DNA from: a virus
Virus record (IMG/VR): IMGVR_UViG_3300025815_002670
Span: 1-64,000 of that record
Length of the DNA stretch: 64,000 bases
Reading direction: 5' to 3' (one strand)
In this document: positions 7,938 to 15,512 of the stretch, piece by piece
Layout: each line of letters opens with the position of its first letter
How positions within the stretch are numbered: position 1 is the first letter of the stretch
Notes under the pieces: generated by a model
What the model saw: only the letters and a program-made list of their open reading frames with translations
Database searches by the model: none
What the model was told of the DNA's origin: nothing
Translations under genes and position numbers: made by a program

Positions 7938-9544
7938 TGGCTGTTTGTAAACTGCAATATTACCAGTCTTATTTTTCTTATTACACCAATCAAACCTCTA
8001 ATAATGCTTCGGTCAATACTTACTTCAATCCATTTGACGATCAGCATTATAGTGGTGGTGTGATCAATAGTGCTTACGCACCTGTCTCTTCCGACGATAT
8101 TTCATACGATTCTAGCACTGGTAGGGTAACTTTTTCTAATAGTGGAACTTACGCAGTTATTTTTAATCCTTCTTTAAACCTAATCGCTGATGGCGGCTCT
8201 GGTCAAGGTTTTGTTGACGCAAGAATAGCTGTAAATGGTTCTACTGTTCTTGATGCCTCCGGTAACAATTATTATCACAATACCTCTCTGACTCCTAGAC
8301 AGCATGTATTTTCGTGTTTAGTGGAAGTTGATTCTGATGATTATTTAGAGGTTTTTGTAAGAACGATAACAACTTCTAGAGCACTAAACTCTAATAGTGG
8401 CACTTCTTTAGCAATTTTTAGAGTTGTTGGTTCTTATGGTCACATAAAGTACACTGGAAACGATAATGGCAGCAATACTAGTGTTTTAATAGGCGATAAT
8501 ATTGGTGCTGGTAAAGTTACTGTGTTAACAGGAAGTGCGATGACATATTCTTCAAATGTGTTTACACCTCCTTCTGGTGCGAAAAAATACTTAATGTTTT
8601 CATCAATTTCAGCGCAGCAGCAAACAGGTGGCACTGAAATACCACTAGATATTGATATGTTAGAAGGAGGAAGCGAAATTGGAGACTCCACACTAAGTGT
8701 TCAGAGTAACCAAGATCCTTATGTTTTAGCCTTCTCATTACTAAATGAGTTTGATGGCACACAAACCGCTATCTCAAGAATCACGACACCAGCTACTAAT
8801 AGTTTTATTTTGAATAAGGCAACTACATTTAGTTTGATAGATATTTCTACTGAAGAAGCAGTAACGGGTGCTTTTCTTAGTCTATCCTGCAATAACGACT
8901 CTAATGGCTTAGGAAGTGGAGATCAAAATTGCTTTGATGACAGTAATTGGACAAGTCTTTCTGTTACAAACCATGTAACGGCGAGTGGGATCACTTATAC
9001 TTCCTCTAATGGAAAGTTTACAGTCGAGAACGCGGGCATTTATTTGTTTATTTGCCACCTAGTGGTTGACCACACAACAACGTCAGACATTTCATTCTAT
9101 GTTAAACAAGAAGGAACGGAAATTTATAGCAATGCTTACAGTCTAAACCCTAACTGGACCCCTAGAGATCTCTCAATTGCAATTGTTGTAAATTGCTCTG
9201 CTAGTGATGAATTTGAATTCGGCATAAAAGGCGGGGCGGCGGGCACGATTTTTAATGCAGGTAGTTCAATTTCGATCTTTAAAATAAATTATGGAACTCT
9301 TCCTGCATTAGATTTAAGTGGTCGCGGGCTCACTCTAGCAACGGAAACCACCCCGCAAGCACAGATCGCAGACGATTTTGACCTAAAAACCTTCGACATC
9401 GACACTCTAACGCCCCAAAGAAGCCGCTTGACCGACCAAGTTCCGTTTGTTTTAGGTGTTCCAGGCCCACTTTCCCTTCGTGGTCGCTGTTTTGGTGGAA
9501 CAGAAGAGCCTCCAATCGTCAAACCGGGCGATAAAAAGAACTAA
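7937..9544 (+). CDS. Virion fibre/decoration protein with three tandem C1q/TNF/BclA-C-like beta domains
   Basis: Three repeats: YDSSTGRVTFSNSGTYAVIF, YSSNVFTPPSGAKKYLMF and YTSSNGKFTVENAGIYLFI. Each ends in a G[TS]S.[AS]IF-like strand. Ser/Thr/Asn rich. Confidence 0.6.
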   Translation: MAVCKLQYYQSYFSYYTNQTSNNASVNTYFNPFDDQHYSGGVINSAYAPVSSDDISYDSSTGRVTFSNSGTYAVIFNPSLNLIADGGSGQGFVDARIAVNGSTVLDASGNNYYHNTSLTPRQHVFSCLVEVDSDDYLEVFVRTITTSRALNSNSGTSLAIFRVVGSYGHIKYTGNDNGSNTSVLIGDNIGAGKVTVLTGSAMTYSSNVFTPPSGAKKYLMFSSISAQQQTGGTEIPLDIDMLEGGSEIGDSTLSVQSNQDPYVLAFSLLNEFDGTQTAISRITTPATNSFILNKATTFSLIDISTEEAVTGAFLSLSCNNDSNGLGSGDQNCFDDSNWTSLSVTNHVTASGITYTSSNGKFTVENAGIYLFICHLVVDHTTTSDISFYVKQEGTEIYSNAYSLNPNWTPRDLSIAIVVNCSASDEFEFGIKGGAAGTIFNAGSSISIFKINYGTLPALDLSGRGLTLATETTPQAQIADDFDLKTFDIDTLTPQRSRLTDQVPFVLGVPGPLSLRGRCFGGTEEPPIVKPGDKKN

Positions 9545-9546
9545 AA

Positions 9547-9789
9547 ATGTTCATTGAAAGCGAAACTTTCGGAAAAAAAGACAAATTTAAGGTTGGAGAT
9601 CTCGTTTGGTGGAATAAAATTGGTAAAAATATGTCTGGTGTCGTGCAAAATCTATTTTTGAAAGATGTCGGAGGTCGAAAAGTTGCTTTTGCGATAGTTT
9701 TAGACTTCAATGACCAGACACACAAAGAAATTTTGTGTATAAACTTGAAAAAAATGCCTTATCAAACAAATACAATGGAAGAAAACTAA
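9547..9789 (+). CDS. Small SH3/KOW-like hypothetical protein
   Basis: KFKVGDLVWW...SGVV pattern; 80 aa in operon. Confidence 0.6.
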   Translation: MFIESETFGKKDKFKVGDLVWWNKIGKNMSGVVQNLFLKDVGGRKVAFAIVLDFNDQTHKEILCINLKKMPYQTNTMEEN

Positions 9790-9797
9790 TTATTACA

Positions 9798-10598
9798 ATG
9801 AAATATCGCATCATCAACAACTCCAATCTTGATATGAACGGAATGAAACCACTTTTGAACAGTTTTCTTCCGTTTGCGCGTCAAAAAATGGGCTTTTCTA
9901 AGCCTGTTTGCATAAAATTCGTTCACGACGATCAAAATGCAGCAAACCCACTTGGAAAAACTGCCTTTTATGACCCAAATGACTACTCAGTGACGCTTTT
10001 CACGACTGGAAGACACCCAAAAGACATTATGAGGTCGCTTTCGCATGAGTTGGTGCATCACAAGCAAAACTGCGATGGAAAATTTGATCAAAAGCCTACT
10101 TATGGCGAAGATTATTTCCAAAATGACGATTATTTGAGAGAAATAGAGCGCGAAGCCTATGAAAAAGGAAATATGTGCTTTAGAAACTGGGAAGAACAGT
10201 ACAGAGCACAGTTGCAAGAATCTACTTATTACCAAAAAGGAGAAACCAAAATGAAACTCAACGAGTGGAAGAACAAGGAAATGTTCGAGCGTCTTACCGA
10301 GGCTTACGGCTACGGAAAGATGAAGGAAGAAGAAGTAGTTGAAGAGTCAAACTGCATGGGAGAAGGCGAACTTGGCGAGTCAAACTGCATGGACGAGGGC
10401 ATGTGCCCTACATGCGGTATGAGACCTTGCGGCTGCCCTATGATGGAAGAGGAAGCCAAGCCAGATTTCCTAGATCTTGATAAGGATGGCAACAAAGAAG
10501 AGCCAATGAAGGATGCTGCTGCTTCTGCAAAGAAGATGAGCGAGTCCCAAATTCGTTCCCTTGTTCGCGAAGCCCTCAAGAGAACACTCGCCAAGTAA
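9798..10598 (+). CDS. HExxH metallopeptidase-like domain fused to an acidic Cys/Met-rich tail with an EF-hand-like motif
   Basis: RSLSHELVHHKQ...EREAYEKGN; tail with ESNCM x2, CPTC..PCGC and DLDKDGNKEE. Start set at ATG 9798, just after the ACTAATTA motif. Confidence 0.75.
   Translation: MKYRIINNSNLDMNGMKPLLNSFLPFARQKMGFSKPVCIKFVHDDQNAANPLGKTAFYDPNDYSVTLFTTGRHPKDIMRSLSHELVHHKQNCDGKFDQKPTYGEDYFQNDDYLREIEREAYEKGNMCFRNWEEQYRAQLQESTYYQKGETKMKLNEWKNKEMFERLTEAYGYGKMKEEEVVEESNCMGEGELGESNCMDEGMCPTCGMRPCGCPMMEEEAKPDFLDLDKDGNKEEPMKDAAASAKKMSESQIRSLVREALKRTLAK
10251..10598 (+). CDS. Putative nested in-frame product (115 aa, acidic, core/scaffold-like)
   Basis: Internal TCTACTTA motif (10221), AAGGAG SD (10237-10242) and in-frame ATG 10251 giving MKLNEWKNKEMFERLTE. 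Confidence 0.5.
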   Translation: MKLNEWKNKEMFERLTEAYGYGKMKEEEVVEESNCMGEGELGESNCMDEGMCPTCGMRPCGCPMMEEEAKPDFLDLDKDGNKEEPMKDAAASAKKMSESQIRSLVREALKRTLAK

Positions 10599-10609
10599 GG
10601 AACAACAAA

Positions 10610-12580
10610 ATGACCTCTATTCTTTCCGAAGGTGGTGTCGCTGGACATATGAACCACCTTTATGACAACCCAGAATTAACATTTGCAGAGATGAAAAACA
10701 TCTTTCAAGCAGCCTCAAGTGGAGAACTTGATGGAACAGAGAAGACTGATGGCCAAAACCTTCAGTTATCCTACGATGTTAAGACTGGAACTGCCCGTGC
10801 TGCCCGAAACAAGGGCAACATTAAGAGTGGAGGTCTAACTGCTGCCGGTCTTGCTGAGAAATTCGGAGGTCGTGGACCACTAGAAAAAGCTTTTACCGAA
10901 GCATTTGCTGCTTTTGAGCAAGTTGTTAGTCAAATGTCAGAGGAAGAGCAGATCGAGATCTTTGGCCCAAACACAAATATCTACTACAACGCTGAGGTTC
11001 AGGATCCAAGATCCGCTAATGTTATCAACTATGACCTTCCCACTTTGACTATTCACCGAGTTGGGCATAATGAATATGACCGTGAGACGGGTACCCCAAC
11101 AGGAAGGGATGTTTCCTCTAACGCTTTTAAGTTAGCAAATGCCTTAGAAAGCCAACAAACAGGAAGAGAGGTCGGAAAGTTCCTTGTTCAAATGAACGCT
11201 ATTCGTAAGTTAAGCGCTTTGAGCGATGACAAAGCAGTTGCTGTCGCCAACGCTCGCCTTGAAAAAGTTATTTCTGATGCTGGAATCTCTGACAACCAAA
11301 CTGTCGCTGAATATATGGTTTCTCGCGTAAGCGATATGGTTGATAAGAGAATAGACCTACCATTAGACGTTAAAAAAGAACTTATGAAGCGCATTTTTAA
11401 GGAAGAAGGTGCGAGTCTTGTAAAGGTTCGCAAGTTAATCCCGGCTGGTGATACCCAGATGCGCAAGGCTGTTGACGAGTTAGTCAAGGCTGCTGGAAAT
11501 TTGAAGAAGGCTGCTATTTCTCCAGTGGAAGAGATCGTGCACGACTTCTCTGTAGAGATGCTTAAAGGGCTTGAGAGCGCGTTCATTTTAGATAACAAGG
11601 CAGAGGTCGGAAGACTTCGTGCGGAACTTCAGAAGGCTATTGAGGCTATTGAGGCGAGTGGTTCTGATGAGGCTATGGCGATCCTACAGAAGCAGATGAG
11701 CAAACTCAAGTCTATCGAAGGTGTCTCAACAGCAGCCGAAGGTTTTGTATTTGATTATGATGGTGTAACCTATAAGTTCACAGGAAACTTTGCACCAATG
11801 AACCAGTTGCTCGGACTTTTCAAATATGGTCGTGGTAATGTTCCCGCTCTCCGCAAGTTGGACGAGGAAGAACAGACCGGAGGACAGACAGTTGCGGTTG
11901 TTCCTGGGGCCTTTAAGCCTCCTCACAGGGGTCATCTTGAAATGGTCAAACATTACGCAAATCTTGCTGACAAGGTTGTTGTTATGGTTTCACCACTTCC
12001 AAGAAGAACACCAAGTGGTCGCGATATTGATTTTAGTGTTTCTAAGGCAATTTGGAATTTATATTTAAGAGATGCTGGACTTTCTAACAAAGTTGAAGTT
12101 ATTCGATCTCCTGTAAATTCTCCGGTTTCAGCAACTTACCAGTTTGTTGCAAACGAGGACAACAAACCAGAGATGGCTCAGCCGGGTGATATTGTTATTC
12201 CTGGTTGCAGCACTAAGGGCGGTGACGAGGCTCGTTTCAAGGCTAACTTTGAAAAGTATGCCCGTGAAGGTGTTATGATAGAGGATCCTATTAGTTGTGC
12301 CTTTGTCGCGTCCTCTGATGACGCTCTGAGCGCTCGTGATTTTAGGGCGGCTCTTGATGCCGGCGCTGGCTTAGAAGACTTCATACCGGACGAGACGAGC
12401 CCTGAGGAGGTTCTTTCTATCCTGGGTGTGGAGCCTGGACCGGAAGTGCCTTTGGATGAAATGTCCTCTATGGCTGCTGGGTCTGTCGCTGGCTACTCTG
12501 GAAGCCCTGTTAGAAAGAGAACTGACGAGGTTGTTGAAGAGGTTCTAAACTATTTAATAAGTAAGGGAGTCTTAAAATGA
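10610..12580 (+). CDS. ATP-dependent ligase-like nucleotidyltransferase (KxDG) fused to an HxGH cytidylyltransferase-like domain
   Basis: TEKTDG (motif I), AEGFV (IV), YKFTG (V); C-terminal PGAFKPPHRGH and LSARDFRAAL. Confidence 0.75.
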   Translation: MTSILSEGGVAGHMNHLYDNPELTFAEMKNIFQAASSGELDGTEKTDGQNLQLSYDVKTGTARAARNKGNIKSGGLTAAGLAEKFGGRGPLEKAFTEAFAAFEQVVSQMSEEEQIEIFGPNTNIYYNAEVQDPRSANVINYDLPTLTIHRVGHNEYDRETGTPTGRDVSSNAFKLANALESQQTGREVGKFLVQMNAIRKLSALSDDKAVAVANARLEKVISDAGISDNQTVAEYMVSRVSDMVDKRIDLPLDVKKELMKRIFKEEGASLVKVRKLIPAGDTQMRKAVDELVKAAGNLKKAAISPVEEIVHDFSVEMLKGLESAFILDNKAEVGRLRAELQKAIEAIEASGSDEAMAILQKQMSKLKSIEGVSTAAEGFVFDYDGVTYKFTGNFAPMNQLLGLFKYGRGNVPALRKLDEEEQTGGQTVAVVPGAFKPPHRGHLEMVKHYANLADKVVVMVSPLPRRTPSGRDIDFSVSKAIWNLYLRDAGLSNKVEVIRSPVNSPVSATYQFVANEDNKPEMAQPGDIVIPGCSTKGGDEARFKANFEKYAREGVMIEDPISCAFVASSDDALSARDFRAALDAGAGLEDFIPDETSPEEVLSILGVEPGPEVPLDEMSSMAAGSVAGYSGSPVRKRTDEVVEEVLNYLISKGVLK

Positions 12581-13416
12581 AAGACAGAAACGACTTTATT
12601 GCTGAGCAACTTTTAAGAGAAAATATCAGAAAGGCTTTAACAACTGTTAAGACCAAGAAGGCCCAAAAGGCACTCAACGAAGAGACTGAACTTCGTGGTG
12701 TTATTCGTAAGCTTCTAAAAGAAAAGATTGCTGTTGGCGATGAAGTCCCTCATCAGAAGACTGGAATCAACAAACTAAGGGACACTCTTAAGAAAATTGT
12801 TCCACAGATCCGTGATGACTATTTGAACTTAACCACTGACGAGTCTCAGAGAAAGTCTTATATCGCTCACCTTGTTAATGGTATTGATAATCTATTAGCA
12901 CCTATTAACACTAATATAGATGCTCCTGAGCCAAGTGACAAGCAAGATCTTGAAGAAGAGATCGAGATCAGTGTTAGTGATGAAAAAGCTGCTGATGACG
13001 AAAACTTCATTGATATTGGAGATGATATTCTTCCATCTGGTGAAGAAGAGGAAGATGAAGAAGGAATTGAAATTTCCGATGAAGAAGAATTAGTAACTCG
13101 TGGTTTAGATACTGATGAAAATGATGAAACTGGAAGAAATGCTGCTATTGAAACTTTCAAGCAAATCCAGTCTGCTATTGTTACTGACTTTAGTGTATTA
13201 GCAAATGATGAAGATCGTGAGATCTATCATGACTATCTAAAAACTAATATTCTTCTTTGGAGAGATAGATTTGAAGAAGTCCTTACAAAGAACTTACCTG
13301 AACCTACAACACCAGAATATGAAGAAGAGAAGGCTGGTGTTCAACCAGGAGAAGATAAAGAAGATACTGGTGGAGAAGATAATTTAGAAGATCTATTAGA
13401 GATTATAGATTTATAA
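12577..13416 (+). CDS. Highly acidic head core/scaffold-like protein
   Basis: N-terminus MKDRNDFIAE (compare T4 capsid-targeting MKTYQEFIAE), very D/E rich, preceded by ACTATTTA and an SD. Confidence 0.6.
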   Translation: MKDRNDFIAEQLLRENIRKALTTVKTKKAQKALNEETELRGVIRKLLKEKIAVGDEVPHQKTGINKLRDTLKKIVPQIRDDYLNLTTDESQRKSYIAHLVNGIDNLLAPINTNIDAPEPSDKQDLEEEIEISVSDEKAADDENFIDIGDDILPSGEEEEDEEGIEISDEEELVTRGLDTDENDETGRNAAIETFKQIQSAIVTDFSVLANDEDREIYHDYLKTNILLWRDRFEEVLTKNLPEPTTPEYEEEKAGVQPGEDKEDTGGEDNLEDLLEIIDL

Positions 13417-13417
13417 T

Positions 13418-13771
13418 ATGTCTTGGAAGAGAAAGAAAGAGAGGAAAGGACGCAATACCTACTATAGTCTAAGTAAGAAGTTGCGTCAAGAGAAAAGATC
13501 AAATGATGAATTCGAGACTATGCTCTCTTCTCTGAGTTTAGAAGAAGTTATTGGACTCAAGCTAGAACTCTCTACAAAACCAGTTAATAGCAGACTCTAT
13601 GGAATTCCTATCTGGTTTAGCTTGACAGACATAGTTAAGGACGCTATATTTAAGTATGCTTACTCTGCTACTAGGACGCAAGTAGAGACAATGCAGTTTT
13701 TAGGATTGAGACACAACGATTTTCATACTTACAAAAATAAGTATGATCCAGTTTCTTACTTTGAGGATTAG
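13418..13771 (+). CDS. Hypothetical protein with a C-terminal Fis-like HTH
   Basis: KDAIFKYAYSATRTQVETMQFLGLRHNDFHTYKNKY matches the Fis/HTH_8 spacing (..A.......A..LG...L..K..KY). Confidence 0.5.
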   Translation: MSWKRKKERKGRNTYYSLSKKLRQEKRSNDEFETMLSSLSLEEVIGLKLELSTKPVNSRLYGIPIWFSLTDIVKDAIFKYAYSATRTQVETMQFLGLRHNDFHTYKNKYDPVSYFED

Positions 13772-14107
13772 GGGGGTGCACTGGATTCGACAGGGTAAAT
13801 GAAGAGAATAGTGCAGGCAGTCGTGATGACTCAAAAAATCAAAAACAAATTAGTTGCCAACAACAACGCACACTTTGATTCCGTCCGCCTAGCGGCTTAA
13901 TCAAGGAGGCTGATCAGAGCCTTCTATCCAATCTGGTCAACACAACAGACAAGTTGTAAAAATCAAAACAATTCAACGCAACAGGGCGGTGAGCGTTGAT
14001 TTACAACCGCCTACCTTCTCTAGTTTGGATGGTAAAAACTAGACAAGCCTGTGGATGACTTGAATTGAATTTTATTCTGGACGCGGGTTCGATTCCCGCC
14101 ACCTCCA
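13772..14107 (+). ncRNA. ssrA: tmRNA (one-piece), tag (A)ANNNAHFDSVRLAA*
   Basis: 5' GGGGGTG pairs with 3' CACCTCC-A, with the G3:U alanine determinant. GGATTCGAC 5' motif. T-arm GCGGG-TTCGATT-CCCGC. Tag ORF 13856-13900 ends in LAA. Pseudoknot pairings CAACGC/GCGTTG and GGCGGT/ACCGCC. CCA is not encoded. Confidence 0.96.
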
Positions 14108-14167
14108 TTTCTGTCTTTTCTCTAACAGAAAACTATTTATGAAAGTAAGACAGGGAGGATTCATGTC

Positions 14168-14437
14168 ATGTCTAAAGATGTTATGGACAAAGTTTGGAAA
14201 GTCTTCACAGTTGTCCTCGGTGTTGTGGTAGTTCCACTCGCAGGTTGGGTTTGGAACACCAACATTATGGTTCACGAAATAACCAACGATCTTGGTGATG
14301 CCGAGAAGACCATTGAAAGCTTAGAAAACAAAGTCAAAGAAGCTGATGGAAACACGAAAGCCATCATTTCCATCGAAAAAGACATCGAGTACATGAAAAC
14401 AACCCTCGAAAGAATTGAGAGGTTTGTAACACAATGA
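14168..14437 (+). CDS. Single-pass membrane protein with coiled coil
   Basis: TM VWKVFTVVLGVVVVPLAGWVW then heptad-rich helix; GGGAGG SD. Confidence 0.75.
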   Translation: MSKDVMDKVWKVFTVVLGVVVVPLAGWVWNTNIMVHEITNDLGDAEKTIESLENKVKEADGNTKAIISIEKDIEYMKTTLERIERFVTQ

Positions 14438-14763
14438 TTGAAACCTGGAGCTTGCTTTTCATCTTAGCCGAAGAGCCAAAAAATAAAGTTTTTCTTGTTC
14501 AGGATGGTGATCTACAAGAAGAGCTTGCCGAAGGCATTGAAGAGTGTCACGAAGAGGTCGAGTCAGCTTACAGAAATGTTAAAGACCTCAGAACATCAAT
14601 GTCTGGTCTTGAGTTCTTTATGAAAGACAGATTTCTTAAAGATGAATTCTGCTCTAATATTGAGTGGGAACAGCCAAGCATCGATATTTACAAAGACGAA
14701 CCAAAGTCCTATCTTCCAGAAGAGTGTCAGAAAGTTCTTGACGAATCAGAGCCAATAGACTAA
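14434..14763 (+). CDS. Hypothetical acidic protein
   Basis: 109-aa ORF with ATGA overlap to the upstream gene. Confidence 0.65.
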   Translation: MIETWSLLFILAEEPKNKVFLVQDGDLQEELAEGIEECHEEVESAYRNVKDLRTSMSGLEFFMKDRFLKDEFCSNIEWEQPSIDIYKDEPKSYLPEECQKVLDESEPID

Positions 14764-14766
14764 ACT
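14738..14766 (+). promoter_or_regulatory. sigma70-type promoter
   Basis: TTGACG, 17 nt, TAAACT upstream of ATG 14784. Confidence 0.5.
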
Positions 14767-14783
14767 CTTATTAGGAACATAGA

Positions 14784-14963
14784 ATGAAATTCATGAAACA
14801 ACTAGCCAAGCAGTATTTTGGTTTCCTTTTGGGACTTGTACTTGGCTCGGTTGTTGCAACTTTGACCACTTATGTCTTTTTTGCTTTTTACTACGGAGAT
14901 ATTCCAAAGGTCAATGTTGAAGAGTTTCAGGAATTCCAAGAATGCTTGTTAGATGAGGAATAG
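14784..14963 (+). CDS. 59-aa membrane protein (not in the ORF track)
   Basis: MKFMKQLAKQYFGFLLGLVLGSVVATLTTYVFFAFYYG...LDEE*; fills the gap and abuts ATG 14964. Confidence 0.7.
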   Translation: MKFMKQLAKQYFGFLLGLVLGSVVATLTTYVFFAFYYGDIPKVNVEEFQEFQECLLDEE

Positions 14964-15419
14964 ATGGGAAAGACAGTAGTAGTTTCAGGAGGTTTCGATC
15001 CAGTCCATGTTGGACACCTCCGCATGATGCAAGAAGCAGCAAAACACGGCGAGCTTATTGTGGTTATCAACTCGGATCCATGGCTCATGAGAAAGAAGGG
15101 TTTTATTTTTATGCCCTTTTCAGAGAGGGCTGAGATCATTTCTGCTTTTGAGTGCGTTTCAAGGGTCGAAGTAGCACTAGACAGCGACAACACCGTTTGT
15201 CAGTCGCTTCGTGTAATAAAGCCTGACATTTTTGCTAATGGTGGAGATAGAACACCCGGCAGAGTCCCAGAGCAGGATGTGTGTGAAGAACTAGGAATCG
15301 AGATGCTTTGGAATGTTGGAGGCGGCAAGGTTCGCAGTTCATCGACTCTCGTAAGAGAAGCAACAGACAATAAGAGAAAGTTAGATCTAGCACATTTTAG
15401 AGAGACAACCGCTATTTAG
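14964..15419 (+). CDS. Cytidylyltransferase-like protein (RfaE domain II/TagD/RibL family)
   Basis: VSGGFDPVHVGH...VVINSD...ERAEII...PDIFANGGDR...SSSTL. Confidence 0.9.
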   Translation: MGKTVVVSGGFDPVHVGHLRMMQEAAKHGELIVVINSDPWLMRKKGFIFMPFSERAEIISAFECVSRVEVALDSDNTVCQSLRVIKPDIFANGGDRTPGRVPEQDVCEELGIEMLWNVGGGKVRSSSTLVREATDNKRKLDLAHFRETTAI

Positions 15420-15431
15420 AAACTTTCGGAG

Positions 15432-15462
15432 CCCGCCTAAACATAGGCGGGTTTCGTTGTTT
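15432..15462 (+). terminator. Rho-independent terminator
   Basis: CCCGCCTA-AACA-TAGGCGGG hairpin followed by TTTCGTTGTTT. Confidence 0.75.
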
Positions 15463-15512
15463 AACACTACTTACTATGAGCCTGATGAGGGCTAAACGAG
15501 GTACTACTCAGT

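Noticed and set aside
14079-14107. Stand-alone tRNA
   Set aside because: The T-arm and acceptor strand belong to the tmRNA; its pairing partner is 330 nt upstream and there is no anticodon arm
15415-15500. Hammerhead ribozyme (GAAAC ... CTGATGAG)
   Set aside because: Core words are present, but stems I-III cannot be paired properly; the hairpin is better explained as a terminator
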